From a virus, in the IMG/VR virus record IMGVR_UViG_3300042503_000110, positions 1-64,000 of that record: 64,000 nucleotides of DNA, one strand, 5' to 3'. The notes under the pieces were generated by a model. It saw only the letters and a program-made list of their open reading frames with translations. It made no database searches and was not told the DNA's origin. Below are positions 25,724-35,859 of this stretch, in pieces; position 1 is the first letter of the stretch, and every line of letters starts with the position of its first letter. The position numbers were made by a program, and so were the translations under genes.

Positions 25724-28168
25724 ATGATAATTGAAGCTTTAAAAGAATACAATGACCCGCTAAATCATGCGTATTTTTATCCTAAACAGTTTGTAACTAG
25801 GAAGGAAAAAGGCACTGAGCAGTTTATTAAGTCTACTTTAGACTACTTTGCTAACATTGCTTTTGCTCAGTACAAACAAAATATACAATTCCGTAAAAAC
25901 TATAGATTGTTTAACGGTGAATTTAACTTTGAGGATTATGTTAATCAGCCAGAGTTCAAAGAGATTCTTGATTACTTGGCAGATGTACCTGACCAAGAGC
26001 CTGAAGTTCCTCAGTATCTTAAACATTATTCTATAGTAACTCCGCCAATTAACCAACTTAAAGGTGAATTGATTAATCGCCCACACAAGTACAAGGTAAA
26101 GGCAGTAGACGATGCGGCTATAGAAGAGACAATTGATTTCAGAACTAATCTCCTTAAAGACTATTTCTTAAATCAACTACAAGCTAAGCTAGAAGGCCAG
26201 CCTATATCTCCTGAAGAGATGGCTGCTCAAGAACAAGAGATTCAAAACAAAATTTTAGACTATACTTCTTTAGCAGAAGAGTGGGGTAATAAAACATTAA
26301 CTGCACTTAAGTATCACTTTAACTTTAAAGAGAAATCAGCGCAGGCTTTTCTTGATTTCTTAATTACAGGTAAAGAGTATCACCACTTCTATCCAGATAA
26401 CTCTCGTGTAGGTTATAGTTACAAAGTAGAGAACCCTTCAAACGTTTGGTACTTAGCAAATCGTAATGCTATCTACACAGATGATTGTTGGGCAATTGGA
26501 ACTATTGAAGTTCTTTCTGTTTCTGAGATTCTTGCACGTTACCAATTAACAGGAGAGGAAGTTGAGCATCTTGAAACCAGAGCAATCCAGAATCTTCGTA
26601 ACAACGAATATTCTCCACTAGCTCCAGCACTTCCTAACCCTAACGATCCTTTGTGGCAGTTGACCTTCGAAAACGTAGGTGACTTTGCTAACGGAGGTAT
26701 TGACCATAACGTATTCTCGTTTAACTCTCAGCACGCCTTTACAGTAGTTACTTGTTACTGGCAGTCTAAGAAGTTAATCTACAAAAGAACTTTCCTAGAT
26801 GAGCAAGGCTTCCAGCAAGAAATGTTTGTAAACGAAGATTACAAGTTTGACAAACGTATGGGAGATGTATCTCTTGAAGAGATTTGGATTAACGAGTGGT
26901 GGAGAGGAATTAAGATAGGAGCAGATATCTACATCAACGTAGAGCCTTTAGAGTATCTTTCTTCGAGTCCTATTGTAGGAGTAATCAACACAGCACGTAA
27001 TACTCAAGGTAAATCTTTCTTAGACTTGCTTAAGCCGTACCAGATTCTTTATAACATTGCAATGAACCAATTGTGGGAGTTGCTTGAAAAAGAAATAGGT
27101 GTTGTGTTCCTAGGTGACTTGAAGGTGATTCCTAAGAAAGATTCTCAAGACCCTATTGAGATGCTTTTGTGGAACGCTAAGAACAGAGGTACATTGTTTA
27201 TCGATACTTCTATTGAGAATACAGGAGGTGCAGTTCAGTTTAACCAAATGTCTCGCGTAGACCTTTCTCGTTCTGCTGAGATACAGACTCGTATTCAATT
27301 AGCACAAATCTTAAGAAACGAAGCTTATGAATTGATTGGTATTACTCGTCAGCGTTTAGGAGCAACTCAACCTTCAGAAACTGCTACAGCTACCAACCAT
27401 GCAATGGTACAATCTTTTGCACAGACTGAAACTTGGTTTGCTTGGCACGACACTATTCTTCAAAAAGTCTATCAGACTATTCTAGATATGACTCAATACA
27501 TAGAGTTGCAGAAGCCAACTTCTACATTAAACTATCTTAACTCTGAATTAGAGAATGTCTTTCTCCAGATTACGAAAGATGAACTTCTTCACGAGTTATT
27601 TGTGTTTGTAACTTCATACGCAGAAGATAAAGCTACTCTTGACCAATTGAAACAGTTGGCACAACCTGCAATGCAGAACGGAGCCGAGCTTATCGAGATG
27701 CTTGACTTGTTTACTGCATCATCTGAAAGAAACTTACGTAAGACTCTAGAAGATGTACAGAAGCGTAAGCAAGCAATGATGGAGCAACAGAACCAGTTGA
27801 AGCAACAAGAGATGGCTCAACAGCAAGAACAGTTCCAGCAAAAAATGCAAATGGACGCTGCTGAAAAAGCTGAACAGGCTCGTCGTGATGATATGAACAA
27901 AGAACTTGACAGACAAAACCGCCTAGAAGTTGAAAAGCTTAGAGGTATTGCAAACGAAGGTTCGTTTAATCCAACAGCAGACACAACTGATTTGCTAATC
28001 AAACAAACGTCTCTATCTCAACAAATCTCTAAGGATGCTTTTGAAAAAGCAACCAAGCAAAGACAAAACTCTTTAAAAGAAAGAGAACTTGATCTTAAAG
28101 AGAAGGAGATAGACACTAGTCTTCAGATAGCAAAAACCAATAAAAACAAGTATGATAAGAAAAAGTAA
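25724..28168 (+). CDS. Portal protein
   Basis: Follows terL; crAss-portal motifs INEWW.G.KIG, LKPYQ.LYNI and GITRQR.G; Q-rich C-terminal coiled coil. Confidence 0.9.
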   Translation: MIIEALKEYNDPLNHAYFYPKQFVTRKEKGTEQFIKSTLDYFANIAFAQYKQNIQFRKNYRLFNGEFNFEDYVNQPEFKEILDYLADVPDQEPEVPQYLKHYSIVTPPINQLKGELINRPHKYKVKAVDDAAIEETIDFRTNLLKDYFLNQLQAKLEGQPISPEEMAAQEQEIQNKILDYTSLAEEWGNKTLTALKYHFNFKEKSAQAFLDFLITGKEYHHFYPDNSRVGYSYKVENPSNVWYLANRNAIYTDDCWAIGTIEVLSVSEILARYQLTGEEVEHLETRAIQNLRNNEYSPLAPALPNPNDPLWQLTFENVGDFANGGIDHNVFSFNSQHAFTVVTCYWQSKKLIYKRTFLDEQGFQQEMFVNEDYKFDKRMGDVSLEEIWINEWWRGIKIGADIYINVEPLEYLSSSPIVGVINTARNTQGKSFLDLLKPYQILYNIAMNQLWELLEKEIGVVFLGDLKVIPKKDSQDPIEMLLWNAKNRGTLFIDTSIENTGGAVQFNQMSRVDLSRSAEIQTRIQLAQILRNEAYELIGITRQRLGATQPSETATATNHAMVQSFAQTETWFAWHDTILQKVYQTILDMTQYIELQKPTSTLNYLNSELENVFLQITKDELLHELFVFVTSYAEDKATLDQLKQLAQPAMQNGAELIEMLDLFTASSERNLRKTLEDVQKRKQAMMEQQNQLKQQEMAQQQEQFQQKMQMDAAEKAEQARRDDMNKELDRQNRLEVEKLRGIANEGSFNPTADTTDLLIKQTSLSQQISKDAFEKATKQRQNSLKERELDLKEKEIDTSLQIAKTNKNKYDKKK

Positions 28169-28218
28169 GAAGCCAAATTTACAGTTTGGCTATAATAATC
28201 ACGACTTTTTTTAACTTG

Positions 28219-28248
28219 TTGAATTAATTTTTTTAAACATTAATTTTG
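28219..28248 (+). promoter_or_regulatory. Bacteroidota sigma promoter of the capsid operon
   Basis: TTG 28219-28221, 19-nt spacer, TAATTTTG 28241-28248. Confidence 0.7.
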
Positions 28249-28267
28249 AACTAACCAAACCAACCAC

Positions 28268-29440
28268 ATGATAACAAATGACAATCCACTAGAAAGTCTA
28301 GAGTTCTTAGATTTACTATCAGGAGAAGATCCAATTGATTCTCCCGCCTATGACCCCAACAAGAATATCGCACCTGATATTCTTTCTGGCAAACCATTAA
28401 CTCCTCCAGATGATAATTTGGATGACGAAGATGAAGATGACGATACATCTAGTTCTAACGATGAGCCACCAGCTCCCGCACAGAAAACTCAAAGTCAACC
28501 TCCTGCAAATGAACCTGCAGATGAGGATGAACCTTTAGATGATGATGAGGACGATGATGACATCAACTACTTTGAAACCTTTGGAAAAGGATTAATCAAA
28601 GCAGGAATGTTGGAAGTAGGAGAAGGAGAAGATCCAGAAAAGATTGAGTGGACTGAAGAAACTTTCTTAAATAAGATGGAAGAAACCATTGAGAAGAAAG
28701 CTTGGGATACTTTAGAAAGCATTGCTTTGGAAACTTACGGAGAAGCAGGAGTTAAACTTGTTGAGGACTTATTTATAAATAAAGTTCCAGTTAACGAGTA
28801 CTTGACTATGTTCCGTAACGAAGAGGTTGTAGCTAACATTGACTTGAACAGTGAAATGAATCAAGAAAGAGTTGTACGTCTCTACCTAGCAAAGACAGGA
28901 ATGGAAGAAGAAGAAATCGACGATCAGATTGCTTATGCAAAAGATAACGAAAGACTTCCTTCTTACGCTAAAAAGTATCACGGAAAACTGCTTGAGAGAA
29001 TGGAGTATGAGCGTCAAACTATGGCACAAGAAAGTGCTGCTAGAGTAGAGGCCGCTCAACAGAAAGAACAAGAGCGTCAAGAGTTGTATGCTAATGTTCT
29101 TGAGAAATCCATTAAGGACGGATCAATTGAAGGATATCCTATAAACGAAAACTCTGCTGGGGAGTTGTTTGATTTTGTTTTAGCTAAATCAGTACAATTA
29201 CCTAACGGACAAAAAATCAGCGAATTTGAATACAAACTAGCTGTAATGCGTCAAGAGGATCCATCTAAATTTTTAGCTGTAGCAAGACTAGTTCAGAACG
29301 GCCTAGACTTGAGTCCAATTAAAAAGAAAGGTGTATCTGAAGAGACAAACTCAATTTTCAACGAATTGAGAACCAAAACTAAAAAGCCCGCCAAGAGCAA
29401 CAAGTCTGACCAAGACATGTTCTCTAGGTACTTTAAATAA
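28268..29440 (+). CDS. Probable capsid scaffolding protein
   Basis: Very acidic D/E/P-rich N-terminus and helical C-terminal part; lies between portal and MCP as in crAss-like phages. Confidence 0.7.
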   Translation: MITNDNPLESLEFLDLLSGEDPIDSPAYDPNKNIAPDILSGKPLTPPDDNLDDEDEDDDTSSSNDEPPAPAQKTQSQPPANEPADEDEPLDDDEDDDDINYFETFGKGLIKAGMLEVGEGEDPEKIEWTEETFLNKMEETIEKKAWDTLESIALETYGEAGVKLVEDLFINKVPVNEYLTMFRNEEVVANIDLNSEMNQERVVRLYLAKTGMEEEEIDDQIAYAKDNERLPSYAKKYHGKLLERMEYERQTMAQESAARVEAAQQKEQERQELYANVLEKSIKDGSIEGYPINENSAGELFDFVLAKSVQLPNGQKISEFEYKLAVMRQEDPSKFLAVARLVQNGLDLSPIKKKGVSEETNSIFNELRTKTKKPAKSNKSDQDMFSRYFK

Positions 29441-29460
29441 TAACATAAACTAAAAGAACT

Positions 29461-31005
29461 ATGCCAAATCAAAACATTCCAAGAGTCAATGGGCGAGTGA
29501 TAGCTAACGCCCACATGACTAGTTCTTACTATTCCAAAAATGGTTTGAACAAACTGACCGACAAAAACTTTGTCGAAACTATGTTGCGTACTAAGCCTGA
29601 CCAGTATGACAAAATGATGATTCGTTTGTTTACAGACACTCGTTTGTATTCTAACGATTTGATCGATCTTGTTATGAAGTCTGGCAAGCCCTTCATGGTA
29701 AACGATCCTAATGGTGTTTTCACCTACAAGATTAAGAAACGCGCTGAACTTCCTAAAGTTGTAGCTGCTTACTCTGCTGGTACTACTTCAGCTTTGCCTG
29801 CAAAGCCTGGTATCGACGGACAAGAGTTTGACATTATCCTTGACAAGCAAGTATTTGCTGTTAACGATATTATCACTTCTCACCGTTACGAGCAAGAGGT
29901 TCAAGTTCAGATTGTGTCTGAAGGTGAGCGTTTTCAAAATGCTTTCCGTTATCGTTGCCGTGCTGCTGGTGCTAACTCTGCTGATTTCGTAAGCTCACGC
30001 TTCTTGACAGTAGGGGTTGAGTACTTCAAAGTTGGTAACGTATTGGGTGAGTTCTCTACTAGCTTCTCTGGTTTAGGCTTGTTCGATGGTCACTTAGAAG
30101 TTATGGCTGATGTTCTTAACCAATATGGTGTAGAGCATACCATCACTGACTGGGCTGATGCTACCAAATTAGGTGCACAAACTGACGCTTCTGGTAATCC
30201 TTTGGATATCACTTACTACTCTGTAACTGATCCTAACGCTGAAGGTGAGAAAACCAAAATCGTTGGTTGGGAGCCTACAGTATCTAGATTGCTTCGTATG
30301 GAGATGATGCGCATGCGTGCGAACATGTTGATGTGGGGTCGTCAAGGTAACACTAAAGATGAAAAAGGTCGTCCAACTCGTTTGAAGCCAGGTTTGTGGC
30401 AGCAATTGCACTTGGGTAACGTTATCTACTATGATCGCGGTCAATTCAGCTTGAACCTTTTGCGTTCTGCAATCGGTGACTTGTTCTACAACCGTGTGAA
30501 AGTATCTGAGCGTTATGTAAAAGTATACACTAACCGTGCAGGTATGGAATTGGCTTCATCTGCAATGCGTAAAGACTTCAACAACTCTAACTTCATGTTG
30601 TCTGCTGACAAATTCATGGATGGTAAAGATCGTTTGAAGCAAGGTTACGCTTTACAGTTTGACCACTTCATGACTACTGAAACTGGTCCTGTTGAGTTCA
30701 TCGAACTTGAACAATTGAACGAGCATGCTACTTTCTTGGAATTAGGTCCTAATAAGAAAGTTCCACCAATTTTCATCATCATGGACGTGAGCAACGAAGG
30801 TGGCTCTAACATCCGCGAGGTGAAATTGTCAACTCGTCCTAACATGTACTACCAGTACATCCCTGGTTCAGTAGGTTTCGGAAGTCAACAAACTGTAATT
30901 GCTAACAAAGATCCTTATAGCACTTACATCATGAAAGACTTCTGCGGTATCTTCTTGGAAGATCCAACCAGAACTGTAATCATTAAAGAATACCCACGCC
31001 TCTAA
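29461..31005 (+). CDS. Major capsid protein
   Basis: 514 aa after the scaffold; strongly biased high-expression codons (CGT, GGT, TTC, AAC); crAss-MCP-like ending G+.+.DP.+; followed by a hairpin. Confidence 0.85.
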   Translation: MPNQNIPRVNGRVIANAHMTSSYYSKNGLNKLTDKNFVETMLRTKPDQYDKMMIRLFTDTRLYSNDLIDLVMKSGKPFMVNDPNGVFTYKIKKRAELPKVVAAYSAGTTSALPAKPGIDGQEFDIILDKQVFAVNDIITSHRYEQEVQVQIVSEGERFQNAFRYRCRAAGANSADFVSSRFLTVGVEYFKVGNVLGEFSTSFSGLGLFDGHLEVMADVLNQYGVEHTITDWADATKLGAQTDASGNPLDITYYSVTDPNAEGEKTKIVGWEPTVSRLLRMEMMRMRANMLMWGRQGNTKDEKGRPTRLKPGLWQQLHLGNVIYYDRGQFSLNLLRSAIGDLFYNRVKVSERYVKVYTNRAGMELASSAMRKDFNNSNFMLSADKFMDGKDRLKQGYALQFDHFMTTETGPVEFIELEQLNEHATFLELGPNKKVPPIFIIMDVSNEGGSNIREVKLSTRPNMYYQYIPGSVGFGSQQTVIANKDPYSTYIMKDFCGIFLEDPTRTVIIKEYPRL

Positions 31006-31021
31006 TCTAGGCGGTCTCTAG

Positions 31022-31044
31022 AGGGGGAGCCGAAAACTCCCCCT
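31022..31044 (+). terminator. GC-rich hairpin after MCP (leaky terminator or mRNA stabiliser)
   Basis: AGGGGGAG-ccgaaaa-CTCCCCCT, with no proper U-tract. Confidence 0.55.
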
Positions 31045-31081
31045 TACAGGGACATAGATTAAACAAAAACAAAAACCAACC

Positions 31082-32020
31082 ATGACTAAAGAATTATTAA
31101 AGGGAGTGCGTATAATCCGCCCTTACAAAAAATCGATCTCTAATCCTCGCACATTAGAAGGATCATTAGCCCAAAACGGCTACAACTTTATCCCAGGAAC
31201 TGCTCGAAAGTTTTATCCGAGAGTAGATTCAAGGGGTGTAATAAGAACAGGACTCGATGAAAACTCTCCGAAGTTGAAAGGAATCCTGGACTTAAAAACA
31301 AGGGAACAAGAAACTGCACGAGTTAAGCAATTAAAAGAGTACTACGAATCTTTGCTTGACGAGTCACTTGAACCTAACAGTACGTTCTATGACGAAATAA
31401 AAGAAAATGGAATTAACCTCGAGGACGGAGATAACATTTTTAATATGGACAATCCAAGAGATGCAGTAAACTTTTACTGGTTGATGGAGACAGAAATGGT
31501 TGCACCTAGTTTAGATGCAATTGAGTCTGGCGAAACTGACGGATCTATGGTAAGATTTTACGTATTTGATGGAACCGTTGAGACTAAGAGTACATTTGAA
31601 CGCAAGAAGCGTATTAACAGTGCGATTGCGGCTTTAGATAAAATGAGCCAAATCAAACGTAAGAAAGTTCAAAAGCTTATTGGCTTAGGTCTTTCTAATA
31701 CAGCTTCCGAGGAAGAAGTATACAATGCAGTGGATGAGTACTTAAGAACTCCTTCAACTGCTTTGGGACTTGATCCTATAGAAAACTTTATGAGAATCAT
31801 GAATTACAGTGATGACTTGTTAGATGTCAAATCTTTGATTCGCGATCTTGTAGACACAAACATTGTCCGTGTAAAAGGTTCTGTAGTTTACGAAGGTGAG
31901 CATGTGTGGGCTAAATCAGCAGAGGAGTTTGAACTTCTTTTGGTTGACCCTAAGAACACCGTAGAATACGATTCTTTCAAAGACAAGTTAAAACAAAAAC
32001 TAAAGATTAATACCTTATAA
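31082..32020 (+). CDS. Conserved crAss-like protein downstream of MCP (gene 75-like)
   Basis: Position after MCP; RTGLD motif; about 310 aa. Confidence 0.6.
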   Translation: MTKELLKGVRIIRPYKKSISNPRTLEGSLAQNGYNFIPGTARKFYPRVDSRGVIRTGLDENSPKLKGILDLKTREQETARVKQLKEYYESLLDESLEPNSTFYDEIKENGINLEDGDNIFNMDNPRDAVNFYWLMETEMVAPSLDAIESGETDGSMVRFYVFDGTVETKSTFERKKRINSAIAALDKMSQIKRKKVQKLIGLGLSNTASEEEVYNAVDEYLRTPSTALGLDPIENFMRIMNYSDDLLDVKSLIRDLVDTNIVRVKGSVVYEGEHVWAKSAEEFELLLVDPKNTVEYDSFKDKLKQKLKINTL

Positions 32021-32736
32021 TGATACCTGTTCAAGAGTTGATATACGAGTTTAAACTGATGATTAACAAAGTTAATCGCCAGGACAATGTGGATATTCCA
32101 GTTGAGGATATTATCATTTATTTGAATCGTGCTCAACTCTCTTGGGTTAAAACTAAGATTAACCCTAACAACGTATACAAAACAGGGTATGAGTCTATTA
32201 GGAAACGTATTGATGACTTGCAGACCTTAAAGGTTACTAATGCAAAACTCAATGCAATTAAAACGAATGATACTTATCTAGTAGGCTATGAGTGCCCATT
32301 AGACCAAGCAGCAGATTATATGTTCTACGTATCTGGCCACTGTGCTGCCACAAAAAACAAATGTGTGCAGAACATTGGAATAGATTTAGTAAAGCAAGGA
32401 GACATCCGAACCATGTATTTTGACGCGAACTTTAGCCCTTCATTTGAATGGAGAAGCACACTAGCTACCATAGGCGATGATAAGTTGTACGTATATACTG
32501 GAGAGGAGTTTACAGTGAATGAAGTCTTTTTAACTTACTTACGTTATCCTAAAACTATTGATGTTGAAGGTTACGAGAAGTTAGATGGAACTTTATCTAA
32601 AGATGTAAACTGTGAACTTCCTGCTTATGCTAAATATGATATAGTAGATTTAGCCGTAAAATTTGCAGCACAATCTAATGATAATCAAACTCAGGCATTA
32701 TTTGCCGAAGATAGGTTCGTTAAACACTCTGAATAA
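32020..32736 (+). CDS. Tail ring protein (crAss gene 74-like)
   Basis: I..YLN.AQ...K...GYE...KRIDDL..L and Y+RYP...CELP.....IVDLAV. Confidence 0.75.
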   Translation: MIPVQELIYEFKLMINKVNRQDNVDIPVEDIIIYLNRAQLSWVKTKINPNNVYKTGYESIRKRIDDLQTLKVTNAKLNAIKTNDTYLVGYECPLDQAADYMFYVSGHCAATKNKCVQNIGIDLVKQGDIRTMYFDANFSPSFEWRSTLATIGDDKLYVYTGEEFTVNEVFLTYLRYPKTIDVEGYEKLDGTLSKDVNCELPAYAKYDIVDLAVKFAAQSNDNQTQALFAEDRFVKHSE

Positions 32737-32747
32737 TATAAAATAAC

Positions 32748-34088
32748 ATGAATCACAAAATCACACAAGTATTCGTGCCTACCTCAGTAAACACCTCGTT
32801 GACTACTGACGCTTTAGGCAAACAAGTGATGGGCGTGTACAACCCCAACACTTATGCTAACATTGGTGGAACTACTGCTGACGCAGACTTCTTGGTTGCA
32901 ATTGGCTCAGCTGCCGTTGGAAGCAAGTATGGCTCTTTCAAAAGTTCTCCCATCAAATTGTCTAACATTATCTCTACCCGTAAAACACAGGCAGATACTA
33001 CTGTTAAACAACAGATCACTTACATCGGTTACGATGACGTAAACGATTCTAAGTCTCCCGTTTTCGGTTGTGACGAAGAGTACACTTTGACTATCAAGAT
33101 TGATGAGTACTGGTCTAAAGGTATTTTCCAACCTATGATTCAGGAGTCAGTACGTGTTAAAACCACTTGCTGCACTGAGTGTGGTGGAAACTGCGATGCT
33201 TTAGGTTGCTACCCTTTCATGATTGAATTGGTAAACAAAGTAAACAGCAATCCTTTGTTGAGCAAGTATGTAGTTGCTACTATGGTAAACAAAGGTAGTG
33301 CACCTACCTACAAGTTCCGTTTGGTAGTAGCTGACCCAGGTGACAGTACTGCAGAGACTTCTGTATTGACTGCTTTGCGTTCTGCTTATGCTTCTTTCGT
33401 TGCAACTGCTGGTACTGACATCGTTATCACTTCAGACACTGATGGTGACTCTGATGCGGATAGCTTAGGTACTACTATGTATGAGTTGACTTCTAACGTA
33501 GCTGCTATCAACAGCGGTGCGCAAGAGTTGCCTCCTTACAATGGTATTGCTTGGGAAAAATTCGAAGCTAGTGCTGGTTCAGTAACTGCTTGCGGTATTG
33601 AACTTGAAGGTAAAGCTTTGGACGAATTTGGAAACGCTTGTGTTCCTGATGCAGTTCCTTACGTGTTTAACTTGGTTCGTTTCCAAGCTGTAGTTCACAA
33701 AGGACCTTTCACCACTATGGATTTTGACTTGCCTTCAGATTGCGGAAACTGGGCCGTGACTAAAGTTCAAGACATTAAATATCCTGTAGGTGTTGGTGCT
33801 GCGATTGCAGAATTTGAGCGTCACCATTTCACTAATAACTTGCCTGCAACTGCAGATGCTCGTTACTACTGGAATCCAATTTACAACGAAGATGCTAACC
33901 AGTACTTGTATGTTAACTCTGCAACTACTTATGACATGTATGAGATCACTTACTTGGAGGATTCTCCTGTAGGTTTCGAGAACAAAACTCGTAACACTCA
34001 TTCATTGGTTGTGTTGGCTTCTTCAGGTGTTACTGCTGCGGTAACTACTGCGTTGAACAACGTATTGCCTACTGTTCTCCACGTGTAA
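32748..34088 (+). CDS. Auxiliary capsid / abundant structural protein
   Basis: High-expression codon bias like MCP; position matches the crAss auxiliary capsid gene; followed by a terminator. Confidence 0.6.
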   Translation: MNHKITQVFVPTSVNTSLTTDALGKQVMGVYNPNTYANIGGTTADADFLVAIGSAAVGSKYGSFKSSPIKLSNIISTRKTQADTTVKQQITYIGYDDVNDSKSPVFGCDEEYTLTIKIDEYWSKGIFQPMIQESVRVKTTCCTECGGNCDALGCYPFMIELVNKVNSNPLLSKYVVATMVNKGSAPTYKFRLVVADPGDSTAETSVLTALRSAYASFVATAGTDIVITSDTDGDSDADSLGTTMYELTSNVAAINSGAQELPPYNGIAWEKFEASAGSVTACGIELEGKALDEFGNACVPDAVPYVFNLVRFQAVVHKGPFTTMDFDLPSDCGNWAVTKVQDIKYPVGVGAAIAEFERHHFTNNLPATADARYYWNPIYNEDANQYLYVNSATTYDMYEITYLEDSPVGFENKTRNTHSLVVLASSGVTAAVTTALNNVLPTVLHV

Positions 34089-34095
34089 TTTATTT

Positions 34096-34120
34096 GGGGG
34101 AGGTAACACTCCCCCTTTTT
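34096..34120 (+). terminator. Rho-independent terminator
   Basis: GGGGGAG-gtaaca-CTCCCCC-TTTTT. Confidence 0.8.
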
Positions 34121-34142
34121 ACCTTTAACCCAAAAAAAATAA

Positions 34143-34586
34143 ATGAAAGATTTAATTTTAAAAACTGGAACATACGTAGAGTTAGTTACCAACAAAAACA
34201 CTCAAAGCAAAGCTGTCCCTGGCGCTTCTTTGGAGAAGTTTGTGGTTACTCTACTAAAGAATCCAACTTGCTGTGCCAAGTTCGTTTCTTTGACTAAAGG
34301 AGTTGTTACAGGTATTGCTGCTGGAGGTAGTACTACTTTGCAAGCCCCTGCGGGTGATTTAACTATTGCTAGCCAAACTATTGGTGCAGGCTCTTCAATT
34401 TCCTTTACATTGAACAATTCTTTTATCAAGGCGGATTCTGTAATTTTAGCTACGGTAAATGACACAACTGGGACAGGTGTTTTATTCTGTATGGTAGATA
34501 ATATTGTTGCAGGTTCTTGCACAATAACAATCTACGCGCTTACTGCAAACACTGGTGTTGTAACTGTTGGATTTGCAATTTTCTAA
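34143..34586 (+). CDS. Small structural protein (head fibre/decoration-like)
   Basis: C-terminal beta-sandwich F.L.NS.I.A.S.I..TV...G...I.I; flanked by two terminators. Confidence 0.55.
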   Translation: MKDLILKTGTYVELVTNKNTQSKAVPGASLEKFVVTLLKNPTCCAKFVSLTKGVVTGIAAGGSTTLQAPAGDLTIASQTIGAGSSISFTLNNSFIKADSVILATVNDTTGTGVLFCMVDNIVAGSCTITIYALTANTGVVTVGFAIF

Positions 34587-34596
34587 ACAAACTAAT

Positions 34597-34622
34597 AGGG
34601 GAGAGAAATCTCCCCTTTATTT
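34597..34622 (+). terminator. Rho-independent terminator
   Basis: AGGGGAGA-GAAA-TCTCCCCT, then TTATTT. Confidence 0.7.
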
Positions 34623-34628
34623 AAACCT

Positions 34629-35141
34629 ATGCCAAACATTAAATTAAACCTAGAAGTATATAAATCAAAAGATTGTGGTACTATGGCTGTGCTAGACACA
34701 TCCTATTATCCTGTAGCTCCTGACACTGCAAGCATAACTATTGACGTGCCAGGTTACGATACTCCTTACAATTTTCCTTTTGTTTTAAATGAGATTAACA
34801 TTTTAAACGCCTACTCGTTTGGCTTGGTTGCTAGTGATGAAGATAGTGCCCAGTATCAATTACCTGATGGTGTCTATCATCTCACAATTACTACTTGTCC
34901 TGACTTAGGATTAAATAGCAGATTTCATTTAAGAACCTGCAACATTGATTGTCGTCTTGCAGCTCAATGGGTAAAATACATTGACTGTTGTGAAGACGAA
35001 AAAATGCTCTATTACTTAGATAGAGTTGACTTTTTACTTCGTGGTGCGGAAGCGCATGCCGATTTGTGCAACCCTGAAAAGGCTACTGAACTTTATAGAA
35101 AAGCAGATGACTTACTCCGAAGAATTGAGCTTGACTGTTAA
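34629..35141 (+). CDS. Tail hub-like structural protein
   Basis: LPDGVY motif, Ig-like N-terminal part and helical Cys-rich C-terminal part; position matches. Confidence 0.5.
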   Translation: MPNIKLNLEVYKSKDCGTMAVLDTSYYPVAPDTASITIDVPGYDTPYNFPFVLNEINILNAYSFGLVASDEDSAQYQLPDGVYHLTITTCPDLGLNSRFHLRTCNIDCRLAAQWVKYIDCCEDEKMLYYLDRVDFLLRGAEAHADLCNPEKATELYRKADDLLRRIELDC

Positions 35142-35295
35142 GAAGAAACTTGCTAATGCTGCATACAAAGAGTTACAGCATATCAAGTATCTTACAAAAC
35201 CATACCATAAGAAGTCGCGTAAATACGTTAGCTTCTTAAGATACCAACACTGCCTTGAATGTGCAGACACATTAAACTTTAAATTAAAACACTAA
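35107..35295 (+). CDS. Small hypothetical tail protein (62 aa)
   Basis: In-frame ATG at 35107 (MTYSEELS...) within track ORF 35026..35295; ends 1 nt before the next start. Confidence 0.5.
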   Translation: MTYSEELSLTVKKKLANAAYKELQHIKYLTKPYHKKSRKYVSFLRYQHCLECADTLNFKLKH

Positions 35296-35296
35296 A

Positions 35297-35851
35297 ATGG
35301 CCAAATGTTGTCAAACTAATAACTGCGTAGAAATACAACCTTCAGGTTGTGTTAAGTACACTGGTACACCCACCGCTAATGGTTTATTGGATAAACAAGA
35401 CTATTGTGATCCTTACCTAAACGATGTCATCAAGTTTATTGATGATACTATGACTGGGTTGGATACTCGCGTAGGTCTTGATAAAACAGCTCTTGACACT
35501 GCAAATTCAGCGTGCGGAACTGTTCCTCTAATGAATCTTGCCACTGTTACCGTAAAGGATAACAAATATTACTCAGCTGAAGTAGTCCTAAAACTAGTAG
35601 CTGTGATATGTGAATTACGTTCTAGACTTAACTATCTAGTTAACGAAGATATTAATACTAATCAAGGAAACTTGCATTGGGAAGATTTGCCTCTAAGCCA
35701 AAACTTTAAAGATTGGATGCAACAAAACGGTTATACAGCATGTTTAGGTAACGATCCCTGTGATCCTACTAAACAAATTTTAACATTGGGAACACTTCTT
35801 CAGGCTTTAATTAAAAAGATTTGTGAGTGCTGCGAGGGTACTATTCAATAA
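35297..35851 (+). CDS. Cys-rich structural/tail fibre base protein
   Basis: C....C...CVKYTG motif shared with the N-terminus of the next gene. Confidence 0.6.
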   Translation: MAKCCQTNNCVEIQPSGCVKYTGTPTANGLLDKQDYCDPYLNDVIKFIDDTMTGLDTRVGLDKTALDTANSACGTVPLMNLATVTVKDNKYYSAEVVLKLVAVICELRSRLNYLVNEDINTNQGNLHWEDLPLSQNFKDWMQQNGYTACLGNDPCDPTKQILTLGTLLQALIKKICECCEGTIQ

Positions 35852-35859
35852 AATAAACT

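Noticed and set aside
28171-28191. Hairpin AGCCAAA-N7-TTTGGCT after the portal gene as a terminator
   Set aside because: The stem is weak with no adjacent U-tract; it may be real but cannot be supported.
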